A stretch of 64,000 bases of DNA from Eledone cirrhosa. Taxonomy: Eukaryota. Positions 43,111 through 57,529 of this stretch are shown in pieces (position 1 is the first letter of the stretch; each line of letters opens with the position of its first letter). Below the pieces are notes generated by a model that was not told the origin of the DNA, ran no database searches, and saw only the letters and a program-made list of their open reading frames with translations. A program made the translations under genes and the position numbers. The stretch spans positions 75,268,001-75,332,000 of the forward strand of contig OZ024746.1 in the NCBI GenBank assembly GCA_964016885.1, read 5' to 3'.

Positions 43111-43540
43111 GACAGCGATGATGGTGGGTTTTGGAAAAAGAAACAATGCAATGAAACAGTTGTACAAATGTAAAGTGTATGTAAAGTGTATGTGAGGGTA
43201 GGGTTGGGGTATAGCTCGAAAAAAAAGGAGGTAACGCATTACTGTGAGGGTGGGGGTATAATATATATATATACATATATGTGTGTGTGTATGTATATAT
43301 ATGTATGTATATATATATATATATAGGTATATATACATATATATGTATGTATATGTGTATATATATATATATATATACGTAGGTCCCGGGTTGAGTCGGG
43401 AATAACCACAGTAAGTAAGGTACTCAATACATGGCAGAGTAACATTTTTTTATTTTATAGAAAGCGCTTCTACAGGACTAGTACTGTTTCATTCTGAAGA
43501 TTTCATCTGAATGAAACAGTACTAGTCCTGTAGAAGCTCT

Positions 43541-43608
<68 letters not shown>

Positions 43609-43613
43609 ATATA

Positions 43614-43644
<31 letters not shown>

Positions 43645-43722
43645 GCATATATATATATATACATACATATATACATACATATATATATATATACATACAT
43701 ATATATATACACACACACACAC

Positions 43723-43768
<46 letters not shown>

Positions 43769-43781
43769 ATATATATATATG

Positions 43782-43812
<31 letters not shown>

Positions 43813-43838
43813 GTGTATGTATATATATATATATATGC

Positions 43839-43916
<78 letters not shown>

Positions 43917-43951
43917 GTATATATATATGTATATATATATATATATGTATG

Positions 43952-44007
<56 letters not shown>

Positions 44008-44051
44008 TATGTATGTATATATATATATGTATGTATATATATATATGTATG

Positions 44052-44116
<65 letters not shown>

Positions 44117-44121
44117 GTATG

Positions 44122-44190
<69 letters not shown>

Positions 44191-44247
44191 ATATATATAT
44201 GTATGTATATATATATGTATGTATATATATATATATATATATGTATG

Positions 44248-44281
<34 letters not shown>

Positions 44282-44366
44282 TATGCATATATGTATATAT
44301 ATATATATATGTATATATGTATATGTATATATATATATGTATATATATATATATGTATATATGTAT

Positions 44367-44486
<120 letters not shown>

Positions 44487-44489
44487 TGT

Positions 44490-45099
44490 GTCAGGTCACC
44501 AGTTGGTGCTATTGGTAACATGTATCCCAGTACAACCTGTCTCATGGTCGGGTCGTTGGCGACTAAACTGGCAACCCCACCAAGGTTTCTTGGTGAGGAG
44601 GGTGGCTTTGGACATCCTGCAGGACTAAAAACAAAACTAGTCAAAGGGCAAAGGAGCTCTTAAGAGTCAATAGCCATCCAAAATCACCGGGAGAGATGAC
44701 CCCTTAGCCTTTGTCAAGGCAGAATTCTAGGAGAAGGAAAACTCTGATATAACACCTGCAAACCTGATGGTATCCAATGATGTTGAATTGTTCTTCTTTT
44801 TGGTAAATATCATCTTGGTTAAGAGAGTGGGACTGGCTTTGTGCGGTGCCTTTGCTCACTATAAAAGCTTCACAGCACAGGCATTGCTTTATATCTGGAG
44901 ATCTCTCTGCACTTGTCGTCACATGGTACCATGGGCCCAGCACTATGTGTCAATAATTGTCACAAGTGTAGTGTTTGTACCAGAGTTTTCAAGTCGCTGA
45001 CTGGACTAAAAAGTCACACTCGTTCAGCGCATTTGTAGGGGTTCTCCTACATGGATATAAAGTAGTGGCCGTACTCGAAAACGAGTTGGCAGCCACCAT
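44490..45099 (+). mobile_element. RTE-derived 610-bp element, full length
   Basis: High identity to 9209-9818 along its whole length; inserted in (TA)n. Confidence 0.8.
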
Positions 45100-45275
45100 A
45101 TATATATATGTATATATTTGTATATATATATGTATATATGTATATATATATATATATATGTATATGTATATATGTATATATATATATATATGTATATATG
45201 TATATATATATATGTATATATGTATATAAACTGCACTATCCACAAGTGTTTTTTAGCCTTCATATCATGTTCTCC

Positions 45276-45346
45276 TGTTTTATCTGATGAAAACACAAAT
45301 ATTATTGCATGATGATGTTTGTTTTTGAAATGCGCATCATAAAATA
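45276..45346 (+). ncRNA. Type I hammerhead ribozyme (same family as 20704)
   Basis: Same motif with an ATC cleavage triplet. Confidence 0.78.
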
Positions 45347-45473
45347 TATGGGACTCCTTTAACCATCTTTTGATCTTATATTATGCATACTCCAGTCCTA
45401 CAAACTGTAGAGTGCTTCTTATCCGATATCTGCATTGCTTTATTGTACTACAATAAAACTCACCTCCTACATA

Positions 45474-45519
<46 letters not shown>

Positions 45520-45520
45520 C

Positions 45521-45744
<224 letters not shown>

Positions 45745-45763
45745 ATATATATATATATATTTG

Positions 45764-45800
<37 letters not shown>

Positions 45801-45855
45801 GTATATATATGTGTATATATATATATATATGTATATATATATGTATATATATATG

Positions 45856-45908
<53 letters not shown>

Positions 45909-45953
45909 GTATATATGTATATATATATGTATATATATATATGTATATATATG

Positions 45954-46002
<49 letters not shown>

Positions 46003-46014
46003 GTATATATATAT

Positions 46015-46149
<135 letters not shown>

Positions 46150-46181
46150 TGTATATATATGTATATATGTATATATATATG

Positions 46182-46251
<70 letters not shown>

Positions 46252-46313
46252 TGGATATATATATATATGTATATATATATATATGTATATATATATATGT
46301 ATATATATATGTG

Positions 46314-46344
<31 letters not shown>

Positions 46345-46431
46345 GTGTATATATATATATGTGTATATATATATGTACATATATATATGTGTATATATAT
46401 ATATGTATATATATATGTATATATATATATG

Positions 46432-46464
<33 letters not shown>

Positions 46465-46607
46465 GTATATGTATATATGTATGTATATGTGTATGTATGT
46501 ATATATGTATGTATGTATATGTATATAAATGTATGTATGTATATGTATATATATATATATATATGTATATATATGTATGTATGTATATATATATATATGT
46601 ATGTATG

Positions 46608-46674
<67 letters not shown>

Positions 46675-46887
46675 GTATATATATATGTATATATATATAT
46701 GTATATATATCTGTATATGTATATATATATATATGTATATGTATGTATGTATATGTATACATATATATATATGTATATATATCTGTATATGTATATATAT
46801 ATATATATATGTATATATATGTATATGTATATATATATATGTATATATATGTATATATATATGTATATATATATATGTATATATATG

Positions 46888-46918
<31 letters not shown>

Positions 46919-47031
46919 GTATATGTATATATATATGTATATATATATATGTATATGTATGTATATATGTATATATATATATATGTATATATATATGTAT
47001 ATGTATATATATATGTATATATATACATATG

Positions 47032-47064
<33 letters not shown>

Positions 47065-47155
47065 GTATATATGTATATGTATATATATATGTATATATAT
47101 ATATGTATATGTATATATATATGTATATATATAATATATATATGTATATATATAT

Positions 47156-47310
<155 letters not shown>

Positions 47311-47531
47311 GAATTTAGTATATCAACTAACATATACGTACAGATGTACGCTAATGCTACAAATACATAAGTTATGTCATAGTACCTAGGTGGTTCAATG
47401 TACGAGAATGCAGAACAATAATATGAAAGACGTAAAATAAGAAAATTTTAAAAAGAATTAAAAAAATTAACTTACTAAAATTTTCACTCCAACTAATTAG
47501 TTTCTGCAATGGGATAAAGTTTTACGTCTTT

Positions 47532-47642
<111 letters not shown>

Positions 47643-47659
47643 GTATTTATATATATATG

Positions 47660-47736
<77 letters not shown>

Positions 47737-47847
47737 GTATATATATATATATGTATATGTATATGTATATATATATGTATATATATATATATATGTATAT
47801 GTATATATATATATGTATATATATATATATGTATATGTATGTATATG

Positions 47848-47902
<55 letters not shown>

Positions 47903-47964
47903 GTATATATATATGTATATATATATATGTATATATATATATGTATATATATATATGTATATAT

Positions 47965-48024
<60 letters not shown>

Positions 48025-48041
48025 GTATTTATATATATATG

Positions 48042-48118
<77 letters not shown>

Positions 48119-48229
48119 GTATATATATATATATGTATATGTATATGTATATATATATGTATATATATATATATATGTATATGTATATATATATATGTAT
48201 ATATATATATATGTATATGTATGTATATG

Positions 48230-48260
<31 letters not shown>

Positions 48261-48447
48261 GTATATGTATATATATATATATGTATATATATATGTATAT
48301 ATATGTATATATATATATGTATATATATATATGTATATATATATATATGTATATGTATATATATATTATATGTATATATATATATGTATATATGTATGTA
48401 TATGTATATATATATATATGTATATATATATATGTATATGTATATAT

Positions 48448-48493
<46 letters not shown>

Positions 48494-48545
48494 ATATATA
48501 TATGTATATATATATATGTTTATATATATATGTATATGTATATAT

Positions 48546-48577
<32 letters not shown>

Positions 48578-48780
48578 GTATGTATATATATATATGTATA
48601 TATATATGTATATATATATATGTATATATATATATGTATATATATATATGTATATATATATATGTATGTATATATATATATATGTATATATATATGCATG
48701 TATATATATATATATATGTATATATATATGTATATATATGTTTATATATATATATATGTATATATATATGTATATATATG

Positions 48781-48838
<58 letters not shown>

Positions 48839-49055
48839 ATTAAGTTAAAGTGTACATCTACATATGTATACGGAAGTATTAGTATGCATATAAATACACA
48901 CATGTATACATATGTACATGTACTGAGGTTTTTACTAGACACTTTACAGTGAATGTCAGCTAGTCTGTATGTAACCACACAGACGGACCGGGTTTTAGAG
49001 TCATACGAGTTTTCAAGGAAACACATTTCCTCTATTCTCCAGAGGGCCAGACAGG

Positions 49056-49100
49056 AATATTGGACTAGTTTCGATGTTATTACATCTCATCAGCAATATT
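49056..49100 (-). ncRNA. Type I hammerhead ribozyme (inverted copy)
   Basis: Reverse complement of 49536-49580. Confidence 0.88.
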
Positions 49101-49535
49101 TACCCATCTTCCGGCTTCTCTGGAGAATTGTAAAAGCACATATCGTTATATGCTTTTTCTATGAAAATTAGTAGTGGGTAGACCAATTTGCATAGAACGT
49201 GAGTCATTGTACGCACCGGTTCAGCGGAAACGATAAAAACAAATAACGAAACGAAATTAAATTTCGTGTGTATTTATATGCATACTAATACTTCCGTATA
49301 CATATGTAGATGTACACTTTAACTTAATTGTTTAAGCGTCAGTCATACAAAAGTGAGTTAGAAGCGAAACGAAATTTAATTTCGTTTCGTTATTTGTTTT
49401 TATCGTTTCCGTTGAACCGGTGCGTACAATGACTCACGTTCTATGCAAATTGGTCTACCCACTACTAATTTTCATAGAAAAAGCATATAACGATATGTGC
49501 TTTTACAATTCTCCAGAGAAGCCGGAAGATGGGTA

Positions 49536-49580
49536 AATATTGCTGATGAGATGTAATAACATCGAAACTAGTCCAATATT
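49536..49580 (+). ncRNA. Type I hammerhead ribozyme
   Basis: AATATTG-CTGATGA-GATGT aata ACATC-GAAAC TA GTC-CAATATT; perfect stems I and II, palindromic minimal stem III. Confidence 0.88.
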
Positions 49581-49899
49581 CCTGTCTGGCCCTCTGGAGA
49601 ATAGAGGAAATGTGTTTCCTTGAAAACTCGTATGACTCTAAAACCCGGTCCGTCTGTGTGGTTACATACAGACTAGCTGACACTCACTGTAAAGTGTCTA
49701 GTGAAAAACTCAGTACATGTACATATGTATACATGTGTGTATTTATATGCATACTAATACTTCCGTATACATATGTAGATGTACACTTTAACTTAATTGT
49801 TTAAGCGTCAGTCATACAAAAGTGAGTTAGAAGCGAAACGAAATTTAATTTCGTTTCGTTATTTGTTTTTATGTATATATATATATATGTATATATATG

Positions 49900-49934
<35 letters not shown>

Positions 49935-50069
49935 GTATATATATGTATATATATGTATATATATGTATATATATGTATATATATGTATATATATGTATAT
50001 ATATATGTATATATATGTATATATATGTATATATATATGTATATATATATGTATATATATGTATATATA

Positions 50070-50100
<31 letters not shown>

Positions 50101-50123
50101 GTATATATATATGTATATATATG

Positions 50124-50154
<31 letters not shown>

Positions 50155-50190
50155 GTATGTATATATATATGTATATATATGTATATATAT

Positions 50191-50882
50191 ATCACGATAA
50201 ATTAACGGAGGCATAGGCCGTCGTTATTCCCTATAAATAATGTGCTCAAAGGGGAAGAGATCCTGAGCCCTTTAAAATATAATATGTTGAGAAGGTAACA
50301 CACCAGAGAGAGATATATAGTGCGTTATCAATAATACAGGGAAAAAAACCACCAGTGTATGGAATCTATAACCTATGAAAGGCAGACTATAGACACGATA
50401 ATTAAAAATATAAATTAAAGCGTAAATAAATACCTCTATAACTATATAACACACGTACAAATCCAAAGATATGTTTCACCAAAAAATTGTTGAAAGAAAT
50501 GGTCTAGTCTCGGTTCACCAGCGTGTGTAAGGCCATACATTTCAGACAACACTAAGAGAATTTTACAATTGACTGTCCAGCTACACGTGGGAGAGAGAAG
50601 TCACAGCGTGTTTAAGGGCAGTGAACCAGTGGCCTCTGAGAGACGAACTGCTGAGAGACGAACTCCGTTAATTTATCGTGATATTTCGCTCCTAACAACA
50701 GTCTTTCCCAACTCTGTTTGGTTGAGCACACTTCTCTGAGTGGCTTTGGGCTGCCCTTTCTAGCAGTTCGTCTCTCAGAGGCCACTGGTTATAGATTCCA
50801 TACACTGGTGGTTTTTTTCCCTGTATTATTGATAACGCACTATATATCTCTCTCTGGTGTGTTTCCTTCTCAACATATTATA
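50191..50882. repeat. Nested inverted-repeat element in (TA)n
   Basis: 50278-50373 / 50787-50882 inverted; 50191-50210 / 50663-50682 inverted; 50627-50652 / 50762-50788 inverted. Confidence 0.75.
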
Positions 50883-50934
50883 TGTATATATATATATATA
50901 TGTATATATATGTATGTATATATATATATGTATA

Positions 50935-50975
<41 letters not shown>

Positions 50976-51000
50976 GTATGTATATATATGTATATATATG

Positions 51001-51038
<38 letters not shown>

Positions 51039-51612
51039 TGTATATGTATGTATATATATATGTATATATAAGTATATATAAATATATATGTATATATATA
51101 TATGTATATATATGTATATATATATGTATATGTGTATATATGTATATATATATGTATATATATGTATATATATATATATATAAGTATATATATGTATATG
51201 TATATATATGTATATGTATATATATGTATATATATGTATATATATATATATGTATATATATGTATATATATATATATGTATATATATGTATATATATGTA
51301 TATATATATATATGTATATATATGTATATATATATATATGTATATATATGTATATATATATATATGTATATATATGTATATATATATATGTATATATATG
51401 TATATATATATATATGTATATATATGTATATATATATATATGTATATATATGTATATATATATATATGTATATATATGTATATATATGTATATATATGTA
51501 TATATATATATGTATATATATGTATATATATATGTGTATATATATGTATATATATATGTATATATATGTATATATATATGTATATATATGTATATATATA
51601 TGTATATATATG

Positions 51613-51643
<31 letters not shown>

Positions 51644-51680
51644 ATATATATGTATATATATATGTATATATATGTATATA

Positions 51681-51777
<97 letters not shown>

Positions 51778-51830
51778 GTATATATATGTGTATATATATG
51801 TATATATATATATATGTATATATATGTATA

Positions 51831-54111
51831 TAAGGGTTAAAATACTGGAGCGTGTTGGAGTTAAACACCCTCTTCGTATTATAGAAATGACAGTAAAATG
51901 TATAGCTCAATGTAGTTAAACAGAGCCGAAAAATTAAGAGAGTAAAACAAAGAAGCCTTCAATACATCAAAAGTCTTTATTAGCCGACAATGTTTCGTCC
52001 TATTAAGGACTCATCAGGGCAATTAAAACAACAAGAAGTAATATCGGCAGATACAAGCCGGAAGCTCCGAAGAATAGGGAGTGTACATACACTAAAGTAT
52101 TGCAAAAATATATAATAAAAATAATAAAAATATATAAAAAAAATTACTACGGATGTATATAACATTAAGAACCATATTACAAATATAGTCCAAAGCAAAA
52201 AAAACCTAGAGCTAAACAAAGGTGGTTATATAGAGCAGTAATTATATATAATACAATGTAATATAATATAATATAATATAATATACCTTTACCAACATTA
52301 AAATTACAATAAAAATCAAAAGGTGCAATATGCATATGTATACATGTGCGCACACCTACACACACATACACATACAACAATACACACATCCATCTTCAAC
52401 TGCACAAATTAAACCTTATTAAGAGTTTGAATATAAAAATAAGCATGATAGGAATGAAAATAATAATAATAATAATACTAATACATCTACCCAATATACA
52501 TGAGGTAATAATATGATATAATTATAAGTAGCACATATAATAAATAATAAATAATACAATTATATACTATATAATACAATATAATAGAATAGATAATCTC
52601 CGGTTAATTTACACAAACAATATAGATGTCACAATAATAATATAATAATAATATTTATAATATACAATATACTAACATTTATAATAAACAATATATATTG
52701 GTACTCAAGTTAACAAATCAATTCATACTGGGTTACAGAGTAGGTGAGGAAAAATAAATTGTACAATACGCCAAAAAAATGTTGATGGTACAAGAGTACA
52801 AACATCTTACATGATATATAAAGTTTAACATATCATAATGTTACATATAATTAACGGTAAGTAATAAGGATCAATATTACAATAAAAAATACAATATAAT
52901 ATAATATATTATATAAAATAAATTAACATAATATAATATATAATTACTTATAATTACAAGGTTGGTAGACAGACATGTATATGGATGAGTGAGTAAGTGC
53001 CAGACAGTAAATATAATGCACAGTAGTATTACAAATAAAATATAAAATATAAAATATAGAATAAAATAAATAGAATCAACCGGAAATTAAAAAACAAAAA
53101 CAAACGTATACATTTAGGTCTCACATGCAGTTAAGTAGTTAAGCAAAAACTAAGGAAACAACCCCTGTAAATGACTCAAAAACCCTATTTGATAAATTAA
53201 TATTAAAAATATTTAAACTATCCAATAAGGCAGTATAATATTAGCTATAGTTTAAGTCATTAAAGTTTATAAACGTTAATATTTCGTTACAAATGTTTAC
53301 AAAAAGGAATGAAAATTTGTTACTATCATATACATAACGATATCTAAAAAACTGACTTAAGCAGAATTAAGGTAGGCTAATAGGGACAGAAATGAAGAAA
53401 TATATGGAGGATGCAAAGGGGCATAAAAAATAGTCGATATACTATATTACATAATAGAAAGGAGCGTAAAAGAGGGGGGGGGTAAATATAATCATAGTCA
53501 ATTTGGAAAGGTTGATAATAAGTTTATGTGCGCATGGGGGGGGGGAGAAAGGGAGGGGGGGGGGTCCAAAGAAGAATCCGAATAAAAATAAAAAATAAAA
53601 ATAAGAATAAAATAAAATAAATAGCGTAAAATATATAATCTTATATACATTCACAAGGTGTAATAGTGAAAATTTAATGCGTAAGAAGATAGATATGGTA
53701 CAGTAGCCAAAAGATTATGAGAGCTAGAATAAAGAGTCATCAAAAACCAATGATAATAATGATGATAATAATAATGTTGGCAAACAAAAGAGCCTAAACT
53801 AAAAAATAAATAATGGAATATATCAGCTAATGGGTACAATTTGTACTACTAGAACGTTTAGGTTTATAATAAAAGTATGAATTAGAAATAGCGTGGGGGC
53901 AATAAGAGAATATCTCAGACTTTCTATTAAGTAAGGATGCGCTAGAGAAGATTATAGAGTGTGTCTCGAGGATACAGAGATTACAAAACTTAGTATGTGT
54001 AGAAAGGTGGTTAGAGCGTGCTACTAAACGCCACTTAAGGCTATATGGTATATTAGCTCCCTTAAGATCCCAGATATAATGTGCTAACTCCAACACGCAC
54101 CAGTATTTAAC

Positions 54112-54116
<5 letters not shown>
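51831..54116 (-). mobile_element. 5'-truncated Penelope-like element: GIY-YIG C-terminus, long AT-rich 3' UTR, hammerhead, 33-bp inverted copy of the 3' terminus at its 5' end
   Basis: ORF 53827-54096 ELAHYIWDLK...WR...CNLCILE...LLNRKSEIFSYCPH resembles the end of the 54983 ORF (ELIWSLK...W); HHR 51981-52022; TAAGGGTTAA(A)ATACTGG.GCGTGTTGGAGTTA inverted at both ends; (TA)n flanks. Confidence 0.8.
51981..52022 (-). ncRNA. Type I hammerhead ribozyme in PLE 3' region
   Basis: GCC-CTGATGA-GTCC ttaata GGAC-GAAAC ATT GTC-GGC. Confidence 0.82.
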
Positions 54117-54185
<69 letters not shown>

Positions 54186-54214
54186 TATATATATAATATA
54201 TATATATATAATAT

Positions 54215-54280
<66 letters not shown>

Positions 54281-54374
54281 TATATATATAATATATATAT
54301 ATATAATATATATAATATATATATATATAATATATATATATATAATATATATATATATATAATATATAATATAT

Positions 54375-55050
54375 AAGATCAAAAGATGGTTAAAGGAGTT
54401 CCATGTATTTTATTATGCGCATTTCAAAAACAAACATCATCATGCAATAATATTTGTGTTTTCATCAGATAAAACAGGAGGACATGATATGAAGGCTAAA
54501 AAACACTTGTGGATAGTGCAGTTTTAAATCAACATATGAAAAGTAATTTTAGATTGATGTGTGATATTGGGAAAAATATTTTATTTAGAGAGGGGGGTGG
54601 AAAGGATGAAAAAAGGGGAGGAGATGAGAGTGAAGGTGGAGAGGGAGAGGTGGGTGATAGAGAGAAAGAGATAGTTTTTATAACTGAGAAAAGATATATT
54701 GTTTTACATAGAGAGGTTGAAAACCGTTGGAAGATAATGTATAAATTAAAAGAATTTGAAAATTAACGAAGGGAAAAATATGTACGAAGAAGGAGAGGGA
54801 GTTAATATGTATTGAGATTAAAAGGTTTGATGATAGAGAGAAAAAATGATAATTGCGGATGAATATTCTAACGTCAAAAAATTGTGTGTATGTTTACAAG
54901 TATTACGGAAAAGAGAAAAAATTATTAAGGTTAGTGTATTGAAGGATTTGAGAAAAAATAATGTGAAGTTAAGGTTTGTATATTGAAGGAATTGATAATA
55001 TGTGCGAAGAAAGAGTTAATATGTATTAAGAATGAGTTAGATGATGGTAC
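54375..55050 (-). mobile_element. Inverted 3' end/pseudo-LTR of a PLE, joined head-to-head to the + strand PLE ORF
   Basis: Hammerhead motif on - strand (54406-54476); matches 20510-20810 and 45230-45380 in reverse; strand composition flips at ~55048; degenerate ...NTCKH C-terminal-like motif on - strand near 54890. Confidence 0.7.
54406..54476 (-). ncRNA. Type I hammerhead ribozyme (same family as 20704)
   Basis: Reverse complement of 20704-20774. Confidence 0.78.
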
Positions 55051-56851
55051 CAACCATGAAAATTTAGAATACATAAACCTTGAAGCCTCTGAGATTATGT
55101 CAAAACTTGGCATTGAAAAAAAGACCGAACCATTCCTCCCAAGAACTCCGAGGATAAATCTCAAGGATCACAAAAACAATTTTCGCACTGAACTACCTGT
55201 TAGATTAATCGCCCCCTCTAAATCTGATCTGGGGGTTGTTAGTAAAGCCATCTTGGATAGAATTATCCCACAGGTTAGTTCTAATTGCTCTTCTTTGAAC
55301 CTAAATTTATGGTTTGGTACTTCTGAAGTGATTGGCTGGTTCAACAAATTGGATAATAAAAACAAACTAAAATTTATTCAATTTGATATTGCCAGCTACT
55401 ATTCCTCCATTTCGCTTTCACTTCTCAATAATGCTCTATCTTTCGCACTTAAATATTCTGACATCACCACAGATGAACTTCACATCATCCTCACCGCACG
55501 TAAAACCATCCTAGAGTTCAACAACGAATATTGGACCAGAGCCGATACCTCTAACAACTTCGACATCACAATGGGAGCATCCGATTCATCCCAATTGACT
55601 GATTTAATTGGTATCTTTATTTTGAACTCTTTGAGTCGGAAAATTCCTCAACTTCGCGGTGGAATTTATTGTGACGATGGACTCTTTACTATCTTAAATT
55701 GCAATATAGTTAACCTTAATATTATTAAGAACAATATACGTAATCTCTTTAACCAACATAACCTAAAAATTGAATTTGATAACAGTATCAAACTAGCTAA
55801 TTTCTTGGATGTATCTCTTAATCTTGACACGGGCCTATATTACCCTTACCATAAAAACAATGAGAACCTAAATTATGTTAACTTTAAATCTAACCATCCT
55901 ACCAATATCAAGAATGCTATAGTTAGTAATACTGGAAAAAGAATATCTAACATATCTTCTAATAAAAACATCTTTGATGCTAACGCCAATTACTATAATA
56001 ACGCACTTTCTAAAGCCGGCTATCCTGATAAAATCAAATATAGCAAAGAAACAAATTCTAGGAAAACTTACAGTAGAATAATTAATCATGATCATTCCAA
56101 TAACTTTAATAAAAGACGTAGATACAAAAACATAATCTGGTATAATGCTCCTTTCTCCATCTCTATTAATAACAATATTCCTAAATTATTCTTTAGTGCC
56201 TTAAATAAATGCTTCCCTCCCTCACATATCTATAGTAAAATATTTAACAAACACACCATAAAATGTTCTTATTCTACATCCTCCAATATTTCCAACATTA
56301 TCTCTAAACACAACAATAAAATACTAAATACTAAATCTCTTCCTTCCAACACTGAATTTCATAATAACAGTAATAGTACTCCCGACGTCATTGTAAACCC
56401 TAGGCTAATTTCTGTAAACCCAAATACAACGTCAAACACAACTTCGCTAAATGTTCATAATCCAACTCTAAATCAAGAAACTATTATTCCTATCGCAAAC
56501 AACTTCTCCAATCCAATTCCTTCTATAGATAACACTAGGTCACTCATTAATAATCTCTCTAATTGCAACTGCCGCATTAAAAATAAATGTCCTCTCAACA
56601 ACCATTGTCTTAATAAAAACTTAATTTATGAATGTAAAGTTATAACTAGCACCAATTCCTTCACCTATTTTGGCTCCACTTCCACCTCTTTTAAAGCTCG
56701 TCTCTATAATCATCATTCATCTTTTAAATACAAACTTAAAAGAACCAACACGGCTCTCTCAGAACTCATATGGTCCTTGAAAGACAAAAACATTAAATAT
56801 ACCATCTTTTGGAAGAAGGTTTCTTCTGCGTCAACATGCGTATGCATGTGA
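54983..56851 (+). CDS. Penelope-like retroelement RT + GIY-YIG endonuclease, truncated at both ends (true homology ~55050-56830)
   Basis: RT motifs RLIAPSKS, FIQFDIASYYSSI, TMGASDSSQLTDLIG, YCDDG, NFLDV; Cys motif CNCR..KCPL...C; GIY-YIG-like LIYECKV...YFGST...FKARLYNH. Confidence 0.88.
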   Translation: MKELIICAKKELICIKNELDDGTNHENLEYINLEASEIMSKLGIEKKTEPFLPRTPRINLKDHKNNFRTELPVRLIAPSKSDLGVVSKAILDRIIPQVSSNCSSLNLNLWFGTSEVIGWFNKLDNKNKLKFIQFDIASYYSSISLSLLNNALSFALKYSDITTDELHIILTARKTILEFNNEYWTRADTSNNFDITMGASDSSQLTDLIGIFILNSLSRKIPQLRGGIYCDDGLFTILNCNIVNLNIIKNNIRNLFNQHNLKIEFDNSIKLANFLDVSLNLDTGLYYPYHKNNENLNYVNFKSNHPTNIKNAIVSNTGKRISNISSNKNIFDANANYYNNALSKAGYPDKIKYSKETNSRKTYSRIINHDHSNNFNKRRRYKNIIWYNAPFSISINNNIPKLFFSALNKCFPPSHIYSKIFNKHTIKCSYSTSSNISNIISKHNNKILNTKSLPSNTEFHNNSNSTPDVIVNPRLISVNPNTTSNTTSLNVHNPTLNQETIIPIANNFSNPIPSIDNTRSLINNLSNCNCRIKNKCPLNNHCLNKNLIYECKVITSTNSFTYFGSTSTSFKARLYNHHSSFKYKLKRTNTALSELIWSLKDKNIKYTIFWKKVSSASTCVCM

Positions 56852-57349
56852 ACATATATTTTTATGCATATCTGTGAACGAATTTACTTACATATATACA
56901 CACACCTAACTGTATTTTCTTGATGAATTTTTATGTATTTCATTGGTCTATTTAAAATCTGTTCCCAAACAGACCTGTAATTTTGAATTGTTGTTATTAT
57001 CAATAAATATACTTCATTATTTCTGAAGACAGCACATATATGTGATGGTATGTATATTCTCCTTGATAGTTTAATAATTTTGTACATAGATCTTTTGAAT
57101 ATGCATGCCAATTCTAACACATATATGTCCTCGAAACGATCGTAAAATAATGAACTTTTTTTGTTTAATATAAGGAACTGTTTCTTTGTTTTATTCATTA
57201 TTTTTTTTAATATTTTATCTTCACTCTGTATTCCGTTTATCTTTCACCGGAAGTGATTTTTGAATGCATCTCTTCTTTCCATGATATCTGGATTACATTG
57301 AGTTCTTCATACGGATTGGACACTACAGTAAACTTTTGGTAGATTTATC

Positions 57350-57472
57350 TACATATATATAATATATATATATTATATATATATATTATATATATATATA
57401 ATATATATATATTATATATATATACTATATATATATATAATATATATATATTATTATATAATATATATATAT

Positions 57473-57529
<57 letters not shown>

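Noticed and set aside
42446-43195. Gly/Cys-rich ORF resembling a structural protein
   Set aside because: Degenerate (GGT)n field open in five frames; no signal peptide or splice evidence
48953-49683. Identical 72-aa ORFs on opposite strands
   Set aside because: Consequence of the inverted duplication; antisense to the hammerhead and without recognisable motifs
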